DNA from: Blastocladiella emersonii ATCC 22665
Lineage: Eukaryota > Fungi > Blastocladiomycota
DNA: 64,000 bases
Assembly (NCBI GenBank): GCA_025594325.1
Contig: JANHCV010000002.1
Coordinates: 682,001-746,000 of the forward strand
Reading direction: 5' to 3'
The notes beneath the pieces were generated by a model, which ran no database searches, was not told where the DNA came from, and saw only the letters and a program-made list of their open reading frames with translations. Both the position numbers and the translations under genes were made by a program. Below are positions 1 through 8,949 of the stretch, piece by piece; the first letter of the stretch is position 1; each line of letters opens with the position of its first letter.

Positions 1-3000
1 GCCGTCATCCCGCGCGACCTGCTCCTCACCGAGCTCACGGTCGCCCCGCAGCTCGGGTGGCCGCTCCCGCACCTCGCGATCGGCGGCCTGTTCCTCGTCG
101 GCAACGGGTCCGCGCTCCACTGCATCATGCTCTCGTCGCAGGTCCTCTGCACGCTGTTCGCCGACCGCATCCTGCCGCGCCCCTGGTGGTTCCCGCCGCT
201 CGAGGCCCGCGGCAGCCTCGTCGCGCTCGTCAAGCGCACGCGGCGGTCGGGCGCGTGGGAGGGCGACGAAGCGCCTGCGCCCGATACCGGTGGGAGCGGC
301 GAGCCGCGCGTCGCGGTCCTGTTCTGCGGGCTCATCACGCTGCCGTTCGTGTTCCTCGACGACCTCGAGACGCTCGCCGTCATGGTCGCCATGTGCTTCC
401 TGCTGTCGTACGCCTTCACCAACCTGTCGTGCACCGCGCTCGAGTGGCTCAAGATCCCCGAGTGGCGGCCCGTCTACCGCGGGTACCACTGGGCGCTGTC
501 CCTCACGGGCGCCGCCGCCTGCATCACCCTCATGTTCCGCGTCAACGCGCTCGCCGCCGCTACCCTGCTCCTCCTCGCCGCCGCGGGCACCGTCGCGATC
601 CAGCTCTCGGCGTCCGCGTCCGCCGCCGCCCGGTCCAAGCAGACCCGCCACCGCGCCGGGTGGGGCGCTACCGACAAGGCCGCGGGCAGCCGCCCGTTCC
701 GCGGCCGCGCGCAGCAGTGGGGACACACGGTCCACGGGCTCCTGTACCAGATCGCGCTCAACCACCTGCTCGCCGTCGAGTCCGAGGCGCTCACCGAGGT
801 CGAGCACGCCCTGCGCGCCGAGGCTGCGGGTGCCGCTGCCGGGCGCGCGGTCGCCGTGATTCCGCCGTCGACACGCGTGCTCGAGGAGGCCGAGCAGCCG
901 CAGCCGCAGCAGCTTCGCCGCCGCCGACCCCGCCCGCACGGCCCCGACTCGTCGGACGGCGACGACAGCGACGAGGACGGGTCCCTCTCGGGGTCGAGCG
1001 AGGACCACGAGTCGTGGTCGGCGTCGTCGCGCGACGAGGACTCGCTCGCGCACTTTCTCGAGTCGCAGACCACCACCTCAACCGCCGATGACGACGCGGT
1101 CCCCGCGGCCGCCCTCGAACCGCCCGCGCTCCGCCCCGTCAACGCGCTGTGGAAGCCGCAGCTCGTCGCCTTCTTCTCCATGCCGCGCGGCCGCATCCTG
1201 TACCCGCGCCTCCTCTCGCTCGTCTCGCAGCTCTCGTCGCGCGGCGGGCTCTGCGTCCTCAGCCATATCGTCGTCCCGCCCAACTCGACGGCGACGCCCG
1301 CCACGCGCAGCGACGAGTACCGCGGCGAGCGGCCCGAGGCGCCGGCGGTGTCCCGGCCCCCGCCGCCGCCCGAGATCGTCATCTCGCCCGCCGAGCCCGA
1401 GAACGGCGGCTCGTCGACGACGACCGAGGACGACGAGACGCCGACGCCCGGCAGCCACGGGCCGTGCGGCAGCGCGCGGTCCGACGACAACAACGCGGGG
1501 ACCGCCGAGGACGATGAGGGCAACGACGAGGACGACCCGGACGCGGACGGGACCAACCGCAGCACCGCGCCCGTCGCCGTACGCCGTTCCAACGCTGGTG
1601 GCGGGTCGTCGTCGTACCAACGCAGCCGGCGCGGTGACGACGTGCAGATGGACGTGCAGATGGCGGCGTGCGACACGCGGGTGCGTCGGCGGCGCGTGCT
1701 CCTGCACCGTGCCATGGAACGCGAGGGGCTCGCCGGGTTCGTCAAGGTATTTGTGTGCCCGAGCGTGCGCATGGGCCAGTCGGTGCTCCTGCAGACGGTC
1801 GGGCTCGGCGAGCTCACGGCCAACACGGTGCTCGCGGCGTGGCCCGACCAGGCCGGCGGCGCGCAGCCCGCGTGGGCGGCCAAGCTCGACCGCGTCCGCG
1901 GTCTCGCACAGCTGTGGCGGCTTGCCAGCGTGTCCGGGCTCAACGTGCTCGTCGCCAAGGGCATCCTCTCGTTCCCCGACAGCAACGACGGCGCGCTCGT
2001 CGCCGGCAAGTCGGTCGATGTGTGGTGGATCGTCAACGACGGCCCGCTCATCCTGCTCGTCGCGTACATTTTGCGCCAGCACCCCGTGTGGCGCCGGTCG
2101 CCGCTCCGCCTCTTTGCGGTCGCGCAGGCCGGCGGCGCCGAGGACCCGCAGCACATCGAGGCCGTCCTCCGCGCGTACCTCCTCCTGTTCCGCATCCCCG
2201 TCGACCACGTCGAGGTCGTCCTTGTCCCCGTGACGGCCATCTCGGCGACCCCCGCGAGCGGCGCGGCCGCCGCCGCCGTCGAAGATCCCGGGTTCGCCGG
2301 CGCGCTCCGCGCCGAGATGCTCAACCAGGACGAGGCCAACGCGTCCGAGTACTCGACGGGCACCACCGCCGTCACCGGCGCGAGTCTCCCCGGCGGCGTC
2401 CTCCCGCTCGGCGGCCGCACGCGCACCGGCAGCTCGATGCGGTCGATCCTCGGCCGCCTCGCGGGCCGTAGCGCCGTCGGCAGCGTCGCGGGCGCCGAGA
2501 GCAGCTTCAGCGCGCCCGCGCCAGGCAGCCCGCCCGTCCAGTCGCCGATCCCGCGCGCGCTCGACCCCGCCAACGTCGTCCCCGAGACGGTCGACGAGCG
2601 GCAGCTCCCCGGGATCGCAGTTCCGCTCGCTGACGATCTCGCGGTCGGGTCCATGGACGCCGCGGCGCCGCCCACGCTCACCACGGTGCACGACTGGGAG
2701 GGCGCCGGCGGCGTCCCGCCCAGCGCGTCGCCCGACTCGGGGATCGTCCCGCCGGGCTCGCCGCCGCGCATCCGCCGCACCCCGCGTGCCGCGATGCGCC
2801 GGTCCACCATGGCCGCGCTCCGTAACGCCATGGTCGAGCGCAGCACGGGCGACGGCGTCGCGCTCGTCCTCCTCAATCTCCCCGCGCCGCCAGCGGGCAG
2901 TCCCGGGCACGGCGCCAACGTGTTCAACCTCCGCGCTAAGCGCCGCGCCGGTGTGCACCTCGAGCTGTTCGAGTTCCTCACGGCGGGCATGCCGCGGAGT

Positions 3001-3060
3001 ATCCTCGTTCACAGCTCGGCGCGCACCCGGGCGGAGATCAGTGTGAGTAGTTTGTCGTGA
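1..3060 (+). CDS. SLC12 cation-chloride cotransporter, KCC (SLC12A4-7)-like; 5' truncated by the window
   Basis: Frame +1 is open from base 1 (AVIPRDLLLTELTVAPQLGWP...). KCC-like motifs: WRPVYRGYHWALSLTG (cf. WRPRFRYYHW), QQWGHTVHGL (WGDGIRGL), LWKPQL (NWRPQL), SVDVWWIVNDGPLILLVAYILRQHPVWRRSPLRLFAVAQ ([29 protein letters not shown]), LVLLNLPAPP and LFEFLTAGMPRSILV. Confidence 0.88.
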   Translation, partial: AVIPRDLLLTELTVAPQLGWPLPHLAIGGLFLVGNGSALHCIMLSSQVLCTLFADRILPRPWWFPPLEARGSLVALVKRTRRSGAWEGDEAPAPDTGGSGEPRVAVLFCGLITLPFVFLDDLETLAVMVAMCFLLSYAFTNLSCTALEWLKIPEWRPVYRGYHWALSLTGAAACITLMFRVNALAAATLLLLAAAGTVAIQLSASASAAARSKQTRHRAGWGATDKAAGSRPFRGRAQQWGHTVHGLLYQIALNHLLAVESEALTEVEHALRAEAAGAAAGRAVAVIPPSTRVLEEAEQPQPQQLRRRRPRPHGPDSSDGDDSDEDGSLSGSSEDHESWSASSRDEDSLAHFLESQTTTSTADDDAVPAAALEPPALRPVNALWKPQLVAFFSMPRGRILYPRLLSLVSQLSSRGGLCVLSHIVVPPNSTATPATRSDEYRGERPEAPAVSRPPPPPEIVISPAEPENGGSSTTTEDDETPTPGSHGPCGSARSDDNNAGTAEDDEGNDEDDPDADGTNRSTAPVAVRRSNAGGGSSSYQRSRRGDDVQMDVQMAACDTRVRRRRVLLHRAMEREGLAGFVKVFVCPSVRMGQSVLLQTVGLGELTANTVLAAWPDQAGGAQPAWAAKLDRVRGLAQLWRLASVSGLNVLVAKGILSFPDSNDGALVAGKSVDVWWIVNDGPLILLVAYILRQHPVWRRSPLRLFAVAQAGGAEDPQHIEAVLRAYLLLFRIPVDHVEVVLVPVTAISATPASGAAAAAVEDPGFAGALRAEMLNQDEANASEYSTGTTAVTGASLPGGVLPLGGRTRTGSSMRSILGRLAGRSAVGSVAGAESSFSAPAPGSPPVQSPIPRALDPANVVPETVDERQLPGIAVPLADDLAVGSMDAAAPPTLTTVHDWEGAGGVPPSASPDSGIVPPGSPPRIRRTPRAAMRRSTMAALRNAMVERSTGDGVALVLLNLPAPPAGSPGHGANVFNLRAKRRAGVHLELFEFLTAGMPRSILVHSSARTRAEISVSSLS

Positions 3061-3316
3061 TGCACCGCGAGGGGGCGGTGCCAGAGTTCGCATGAGATAC
3101 ATAGGTTTTCGAGAACGATTCGCGGGTCTGAGCCAAGAGTGCTGGCCCTGGTGCTGGCCTTGTGTTAGGGGACTGACTGCCTGGGTGCTGGCCGAGCCAG
3201 GTTTGGCCGCTCGGGACGCGCAGTGACGCGACTGACAGGTCAAACACGCGCGCTCGAGGTGCCGGAAATCCGGCGGCGCCCGCTGTTGGCTTCGGCTCCC
3301 CATCGCCCTATCTACC

Positions 3317-5932
3317 ATGTATTGGCTCATGCATTTCCGGCCGGGACTGGGTGCAGCTGCACTCGGCCGCCGAGCTCTTGCCCTTATCGCCGGTCCAGTC
3401 CCGCAGCGCCTCGCGTCGGCCAAGCCCCGAGCTCAGCTCCCCACTCGCATTGCCGCCATTCGCTCCGCTTCGGTCCAGCCTCGAGCCTTTGTACACACCA
3501 AACTGATGCCTCCCGCTTCGGATCCAGTTGCAATCCTTCGGCGCGCCGAGTCTCTTGTTCGTTCAGGCGACGCACACGGTTTCCTTGTTGCCGTCAACGT
3601 CATCCCGTGGGATCAAGTCGACCTGTTTTCTCACAGCGGCAAGCATCTCCGCATGCTACTCGGTTCTCTCGATTGCGTTCCGGTGTTCAAGCAAGATCCA
3701 CGACCCGAATGGGGCCAAGGACTTGCCGTGCTCCTTGCCGGCATGCGCAATATACCCCGGATCCAGGATTTGTCCTCAGCCTCGCCGCCTGATTTTAATG
3801 CGCTCACAAAGGCATGTCACTCGCAGCGCCTCCCCCACGTGGCGATCGACGATCTCTTGGCTATCATGGACGCGTCTTGTTGCAGCATTCCTTCCGTCGT
3901 CTTCGCAATGAATCTTTGCAGCGAGGCGAAACGCTATGCCGACGTAGATGCTTTGGCGGAGGTGTTCCCGCGGCGAACTCTCGTGGTTCTTTATGCGCTT
4001 GCTAGTGCTTACACGCGCGACGGTCGCGGACGCGAGGCTGTCCAAGCGCTCATGGACGAGGCGGTTTCGCGCAAGCTTATCGCCCATCGGTTTGCAAACC
4101 GCGAGTTCAACGGTTACCTTTTGGTCGCAGTCCTTGGCGCAGAGGGCTCACTTGCTGCGCGCGAGCTTCTCAAGTCGTTAGTTTCGAGTGATCCGGAGAA
4201 AGCTCGTTTGGGCACTCTCATCGGCCCCGACGTCATCAACAGGCTCATCCTCCAACTGCTGGAGGGGCGGTTCAACGACGAAGCCGAGGACACGCTTCTC
4301 TATCTTTGCGCGCATGGGATTGAGCCTTGGAAGATAGGCGTGCGATCGACGGCCATTGCGATGTTTGAATCAGGCTCCCCGCCGCACCGCGTCTTGGACT
4401 TGCTCAATACGTTTTCCTGCGCAATCGAGCAAGACACCGCCTTTTTCGCTGAAATCATTGCCCGGGTTCATGGCGCCTTGGGCGGTCCCCGAGGTCTCAT
4501 TCGCTTCCATCGCACGCTTGTCAAGCGAAACGACGCAGCGCTCGGGAATCCGGGCTATTATACGACTTTAGCCTATCAGCTTGCGCGCAACGCTACATCA
4601 AACGACCCCAAACCGGTGGATCAGGCCATGGTGTACTTTCGCGAAATGTTGGGACGTGGCACGAAGCCGGACGGTGTTCTGATTTCCATGCTACATCGTA
4701 TCGCCGCCAAAGTCGGCCACGCCGCCGCAATCGCCGAGCTCCTCAAGATTGCGGACGAGCTTGGCCTCTCTGGCCAATTTGCCAAGAGCGGGCCGGCGGC
4801 CGCCAATGCGAAAAGTAGTGGCGAACTTGACGCCGCTGCGGCGGGTTGTGCGAAATTCGCCCGCGATGTTGAGCCACTCCTTTATGATCACCGTACTTCT
4901 GGCAACCTCGAAAAGGCGTTCAACACCGCTCTTGAAATCACGCGCGAGCTTGGTCCAGCCGCCGTTGAAATCGATCAATGGGCTTTTCTTATTGGGGTCG
5001 CATACAAGCATTTTCCAAAGGGCGACCCGCGGTGCATCCAACTTATTACCAAAGCCCACCGTACTGTTGCGCATGAACTTGGTCTCGCTTCGCTTGCCCT
5101 CGCCAACGTAACTTACATGACGGGACTTATTGCTTCACTCTCTCATGCATTAACTTGTGCAGGCCTCAGTTCAGAGCCCGCTGTCAACCTCATTCGCCGC
5201 TGGATCTTAGGCGATACATCTGTAACCAACGAGCCCCCGTGGAGCTTCCCGCCGCCCCCGCCAAGCGCGCTGCCATACCAGGTGCTTCCATGGTCACCCA
5301 TCATGCTCTCAGTTGTTGCCGATACGCTTGGTTTTGCTGGGCGTCGTGACTTGCTGGGTGAAGTCGTGGCGCTGATCGCGCAAGGCGGTCCGCAACGCGC
5401 CAACGTGCAACGGTTGACCTCGACCAACGTCTGGACGTCCATCGCGGAAGCGGCGCTGCGTCTCGGCGACGGTGAATTCGCTCTCACGTGCATGGCCAAG
5501 GATCGCGTCCGTTGCGGCGACGCTGTTGATCAGAAACTCGTGCGTACCGTTCACAGCATGGCTTTGATGCGGCCGGAGCTTCATTGGGTGATCAACGACC
5601 CGCGCTATCTCGCGCTGCGGACTGAGCTCAAGGATCTTGAGCGCGCGGATGCTCGACACAAGGAGTTTGAGCGCAAGCGCGCCAGTCGGCCAGGCAAGGT
5701 CATTCATGTCAATCGCGAGCCCCATCGACCAGCTCGTCCGAGTTTTTCGTCGCCAAGCGCTGCTCCTCCGCGTTTCGTTGCAGATACGACTGCCCGCTCT
5801 TCAGCCTTTCGGACAGCTCGATTTGAGCCGACGTCGCGGGCAACGACTTCGCGTCGTCCCGCTAAGGCCTCTCTCGCCATGCAGGGCTCGGCACGAAGCG
5901 AAAAGCTAGTTCCCGTGAATATCAAGGTTTAG
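3317..5932 (+). CDS. PPR-like helical-repeat protein, probably mitochondrial (paralog A), 871 aa, no intron seen
   Basis: Arg/Ala/Leu-rich, acid-free N-terminus resembling a presequence. PPR-like unit QAMVYFREMLGRGTKPDGVLISML. Co-linear homology with 6280..8949 over most of its length. Confidence 0.65.
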   Translation: MYWLMHFRPGLGAAALGRRALALIAGPVPQRLASAKPRAQLPTRIAAIRSASVQPRAFVHTKLMPPASDPVAILRRAESLVRSGDAHGFLVAVNVIPWDQVDLFSHSGKHLRMLLGSLDCVPVFKQDPRPEWGQGLAVLLAGMRNIPRIQDLSSASPPDFNALTKACHSQRLPHVAIDDLLAIMDASCCSIPSVVFAMNLCSEAKRYADVDALAEVFPRRTLVVLYALASAYTRDGRGREAVQALMDEAVSRKLIAHRFANREFNGYLLVAVLGAEGSLAARELLKSLVSSDPEKARLGTLIGPDVINRLILQLLEGRFNDEAEDTLLYLCAHGIEPWKIGVRSTAIAMFESGSPPHRVLDLLNTFSCAIEQDTAFFAEIIARVHGALGGPRGLIRFHRTLVKRNDAALGNPGYYTTLAYQLARNATSNDPKPVDQAMVYFREMLGRGTKPDGVLISMLHRIAAKVGHAAAIAELLKIADELGLSGQFAKSGPAAANAKSSGELDAAAAGCAKFARDVEPLLYDHRTSGNLEKAFNTALEITRELGPAAVEIDQWAFLIGVAYKHFPKGDPRCIQLITKAHRTVAHELGLASLALANVTYMTGLIASLSHALTCAGLSSEPAVNLIRRWILGDTSVTNEPPWSFPPPPPSALPYQVLPWSPIMLSVVADTLGFAGRRDLLGEVVALIAQGGPQRANVQRLTSTNVWTSIAEAALRLGDGEFALTCMAKDRVRCGDAVDQKLVRTVHSMALMRPELHWVINDPRYLALRTELKDLERADARHKEFERKRASRPGKVIHVNREPHRPARPSFSSPSAAPPRFVADTTARSSAFRTARFEPTSRATTSRRPAKASLAMQGSARSEKLVPVNIKV

Positions 5933-6279
5933 GCTCGTTTATGCTTTATCAGCTCTTTTTCCCATTATTTTGTCCTGAATATAACCTCTCATTGGTTCGT
6001 GCTCGGGATAGCACTCGCTAGAGCGTAGGGAGCGGGCCGACTCCCTGGCTTGCGTGGAGCGCCCACGTTCGCGGTTTCCGAGGCCCTCCAGCGAGGGATT
6101 AAGGCAGCATGAAACTTTGAGGTCCCAACTTGGCGCAAGCAGCGCAGCGAAGCGGAACAGGCGAAACGCGTCGTGACGCGACCGGCAGCTAACTCACGTG
6201 GGTGGCTGAAGAGCCTTTCCCAAGCAAAAGTTTGCGCAAGGGTCGATTGCCGCCGCCTCACTCGTCCGTCACTACCGCT

Positions 6280-8949
6280 ATGTACACGCTCATGCAATTC
6301 CGCCCGGGACTAGGTGCAACCGCACCAGCTCGCCGGCTTCTTGCTCCTATCGCCCGTTCTTTGCCACGGCTCTATGCGACGGCATACTATGCTCCAGCCG
6401 TCCCGGTGAAACTCTGGTCTACTCGCAAGTCCGCTGCTGCCGGAGCGCTGCCGGCCCGGCTTGATTATACACCACACACCAACGCAATTTCACTCTCATC
6501 GGATCCTTTTATGATGATGCTTGATCACACCGAGTCGCTCGTCCGTTTTGGCGATGCGGCTGGATTCCTTGATTCTCTGCGCCAGGTCCCCTGGGAGCAA
6601 GTCTACAAGCCGTTTTCGCCTCGCGGAAACCAACTTCAAGCGCTCCTTTGCTCGCTTGATCGTATCCCCACTTTCAAGGACGACCCGCGGCCCGAATGGG
6701 GCCAGGGGCTCGCTGCGCTTCTCGACGGCATGTGTCGTGTTCCCAATATCAAGCACTTGACTTCGGTCACGCCGTACGGCCTCAACTCGCTTGCTAAAGC
6801 TTGCCGCTCCCAGCATCTGCCTCACGCAGCAATCGACTCGTTTCTCAGCGTCATGGACCCAACACGTTGCGGCATCCTTCCTGTCGTCACCGCCATCAAT
6901 CTTTGTGCCGAAGCTGGCCGAGCCGACGATGTTGACGCACTTGCCCAATCTGTCCCGCGGCGACCGCTAATGCTGCTCTACGCGTTAGCGAATGCTTACG
7001 CGCTCCTCAATCGCGGGCGCGACGCTGTCGACTCTCTCATCGACGAAGCCGTGTCGCGCGACATGATCGAGCACTCCTTCGCGAAGCTCGAGTTCAACAA
7101 TTCATTGGTCCTTGCGGTTCTCGGGACGGATGGTCCAGTGGCTGCATTTCGCCTGATCGAGTCACTGGTCGCGACAGATCTCGAGCGGGCGCGTTCAGGC
7201 ACCCTGATTGGCCAGAGCGTACTTGACCGGATGGTATTTGCGCATCTTGAAGGTCGGCTTATCAACGAAGCCGAAACCATGCTATACCGCCTCCAATCGC
7301 TTGGTATTCAGCCACGAAACACGAGCGTTCGCGCGACAGCTCGTGCGCTCCTCGACCACGTCCACCAGCCCCTGCGAGCACTTGCCCTGCTTGATCGCTT
7401 TCCCGAAGCCAGCACGCACAACACAACTCCGACTGCCGTGCTGCTGGTACGCATCCATTATGCGTTGGGCGGCCCCCTAAAGTTGCTTCGCTTTCACAAC
7501 ACGCTTGTTGAGCAGATGGATCCGGCGCTCCAGAACCCGGCTTACTATGCGGCGTTTTTGTCGCACCTGGCCGGAAAAACCACTCGTAGGAACGCGGAGC
7601 CTCTCAAACTTGCAGTCACGCAGCTGTACGCTATGATAAACCGTGGTGTCGAACCAACCGGAACGCTCCTCTCCACGCTTTATACTATCGCTTCCAGCAA
7701 TGGCCATCTAATGTATGGCACGAAACTCATCAGGGTTGCCCGTAGGCACGGCCTTGAAAGCTACTTGCCCGATGACACCGGCCTGACTGCCGGTTCTCGC
7801 GATAACAAGGTCATTTATGTTCATGCAGCTGGCGAAGCAAGGTTTGCTCGCGATGTTGAGCCTCTCCTTGATGACACGACTGTCGAGGGCAACTTTGAAA
7901 AGGCTTTCGACTTGGCGGTTGCGATCACGCGCGATTTTGGCCTGACTGCGGTGCGCGTCAGCCAGTGGTCGCATCTAATGGGCGTCGCTCACGAACACTT
8001 TGCCCCTGACGATCCGCGATGCGTTGAGGTTGTTGCTGACGTACATCGCACTGTCGCTCACGATCTTGGCCTCGCACCCGTGCTGCTTGCAAGCGACTCT
8101 TACATGACCGCTCTTCTCACCTCGCTTTCGCGCGTGGACACGAACTCGGGTCTTGGCTCTGGACCGACTGTCGATCTCATTCGCCGCTGGGTCCTTGGCG
8201 ACATTTCCGTGGTCGTTGCGCCGCCGTGGGACTTTCCGCAGCCTCCGCCTGATGCTGTGCCTCGTCAGGCGGTCCCGTGGACCCCCGCGTTGCTCGTCGC
8301 TGTTGCCGATACGCTTGGATTCGTCGGCCGCCGTGACCTGCTTGGTGAGCTTGTGGCGCTCATCGGTCAGGGTGGCCCGCAACGCGCCAACGTCGAGCTG
8401 ATCGCTCCCGCCAAAGTGTGGACATCAATTGCTGCAGCAGCGCTTCACTTTGGTGATGGCGAGTTTGCTCTCGAGTGCTCAACCAAGGACCGCGCGCGTT
8501 GTGGTGGTCCCGTTGACGAAAGCCTCTTGGATGTCTTCCGCACCAAGGTCGCAACCCGACCCCATCTTCAATGGGTACTCCAGGACCCGCGCTATCGCGC
8601 ACTCGACGATGCGCTCGCTAAACTGAAGCCGATCCAGGCCGAGCAACAGAAAAAACGCGAAATCCGGGCGTTCCAGCAGCAATTTTTGAACGCACGCGTC
8701 CTCAAAGTTCGTCGTCGTCGCTCTTCGAACGCTTGGTCCCGTGGCTCGGCATCAGGCCCAGCGGAATCTCGTGATGGTGCGGGTCGTAGCGCTCATCACG
8801 GGCCCGCGCGCACGGACCGGGTTGATTCTGCGTCTGCTCATGGTTCGTGTGCCAAGGAGGCGCGGCCGCACAACGAAGACGCTCGTCGAATGACCAAGTC
8901 CCATTCCGCTGAGTGCGCACGCGGTGTGCCCGCACCAACGGAGTCTTAG
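6280..8949 (+). CDS. PPR-like helical-repeat protein, probably mitochondrial (paralog B); likely start ATG 6280 (MYTLMQFRPGLG)
   Basis: The N-terminus matches paralog A (MYWLMHFRPGLG) from ATG 6280, not from the GTG at 6202. PPR-like unit LAVTQLYAMINRGVEPTGTLLSTL. Blocks shared with paralog A: FARDVEPLL, DTLGF.GRRDLLGE.VALI.QGGPQRANV. Confidence 0.65.
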   Translation: MYTLMQFRPGLGATAPARRLLAPIARSLPRLYATAYYAPAVPVKLWSTRKSAAAGALPARLDYTPHTNAISLSSDPFMMMLDHTESLVRFGDAAGFLDSLRQVPWEQVYKPFSPRGNQLQALLCSLDRIPTFKDDPRPEWGQGLAALLDGMCRVPNIKHLTSVTPYGLNSLAKACRSQHLPHAAIDSFLSVMDPTRCGILPVVTAINLCAEAGRADDVDALAQSVPRRPLMLLYALANAYALLNRGRDAVDSLIDEAVSRDMIEHSFAKLEFNNSLVLAVLGTDGPVAAFRLIESLVATDLERARSGTLIGQSVLDRMVFAHLEGRLINEAETMLYRLQSLGIQPRNTSVRATARALLDHVHQPLRALALLDRFPEASTHNTTPTAVLLVRIHYALGGPLKLLRFHNTLVEQMDPALQNPAYYAAFLSHLAGKTTRRNAEPLKLAVTQLYAMINRGVEPTGTLLSTLYTIASSNGHLMYGTKLIRVARRHGLESYLPDDTGLTAGSRDNKVIYVHAAGEARFARDVEPLLDDTTVEGNFEKAFDLAVAITRDFGLTAVRVSQWSHLMGVAHEHFAPDDPRCVEVVADVHRTVAHDLGLAPVLLASDSYMTALLTSLSRVDTNSGLGSGPTVDLIRRWVLGDISVVVAPPWDFPQPPPDAVPRQAVPWTPALLVAVADTLGFVGRRDLLGELVALIGQGGPQRANVELIAPAKVWTSIAAAALHFGDGEFALECSTKDRARCGGPVDESLLDVFRTKVATRPHLQWVLQDPRYRALDDALAKLKPIQAEQQKKREIRAFQQQFLNARVLKVRRRRSSNAWSRGSASGPAESRDGAGRSAHHGPARTDRVDSASAHGSCAKEARPHNEDARRMTKSHSAECARGVPAPTES

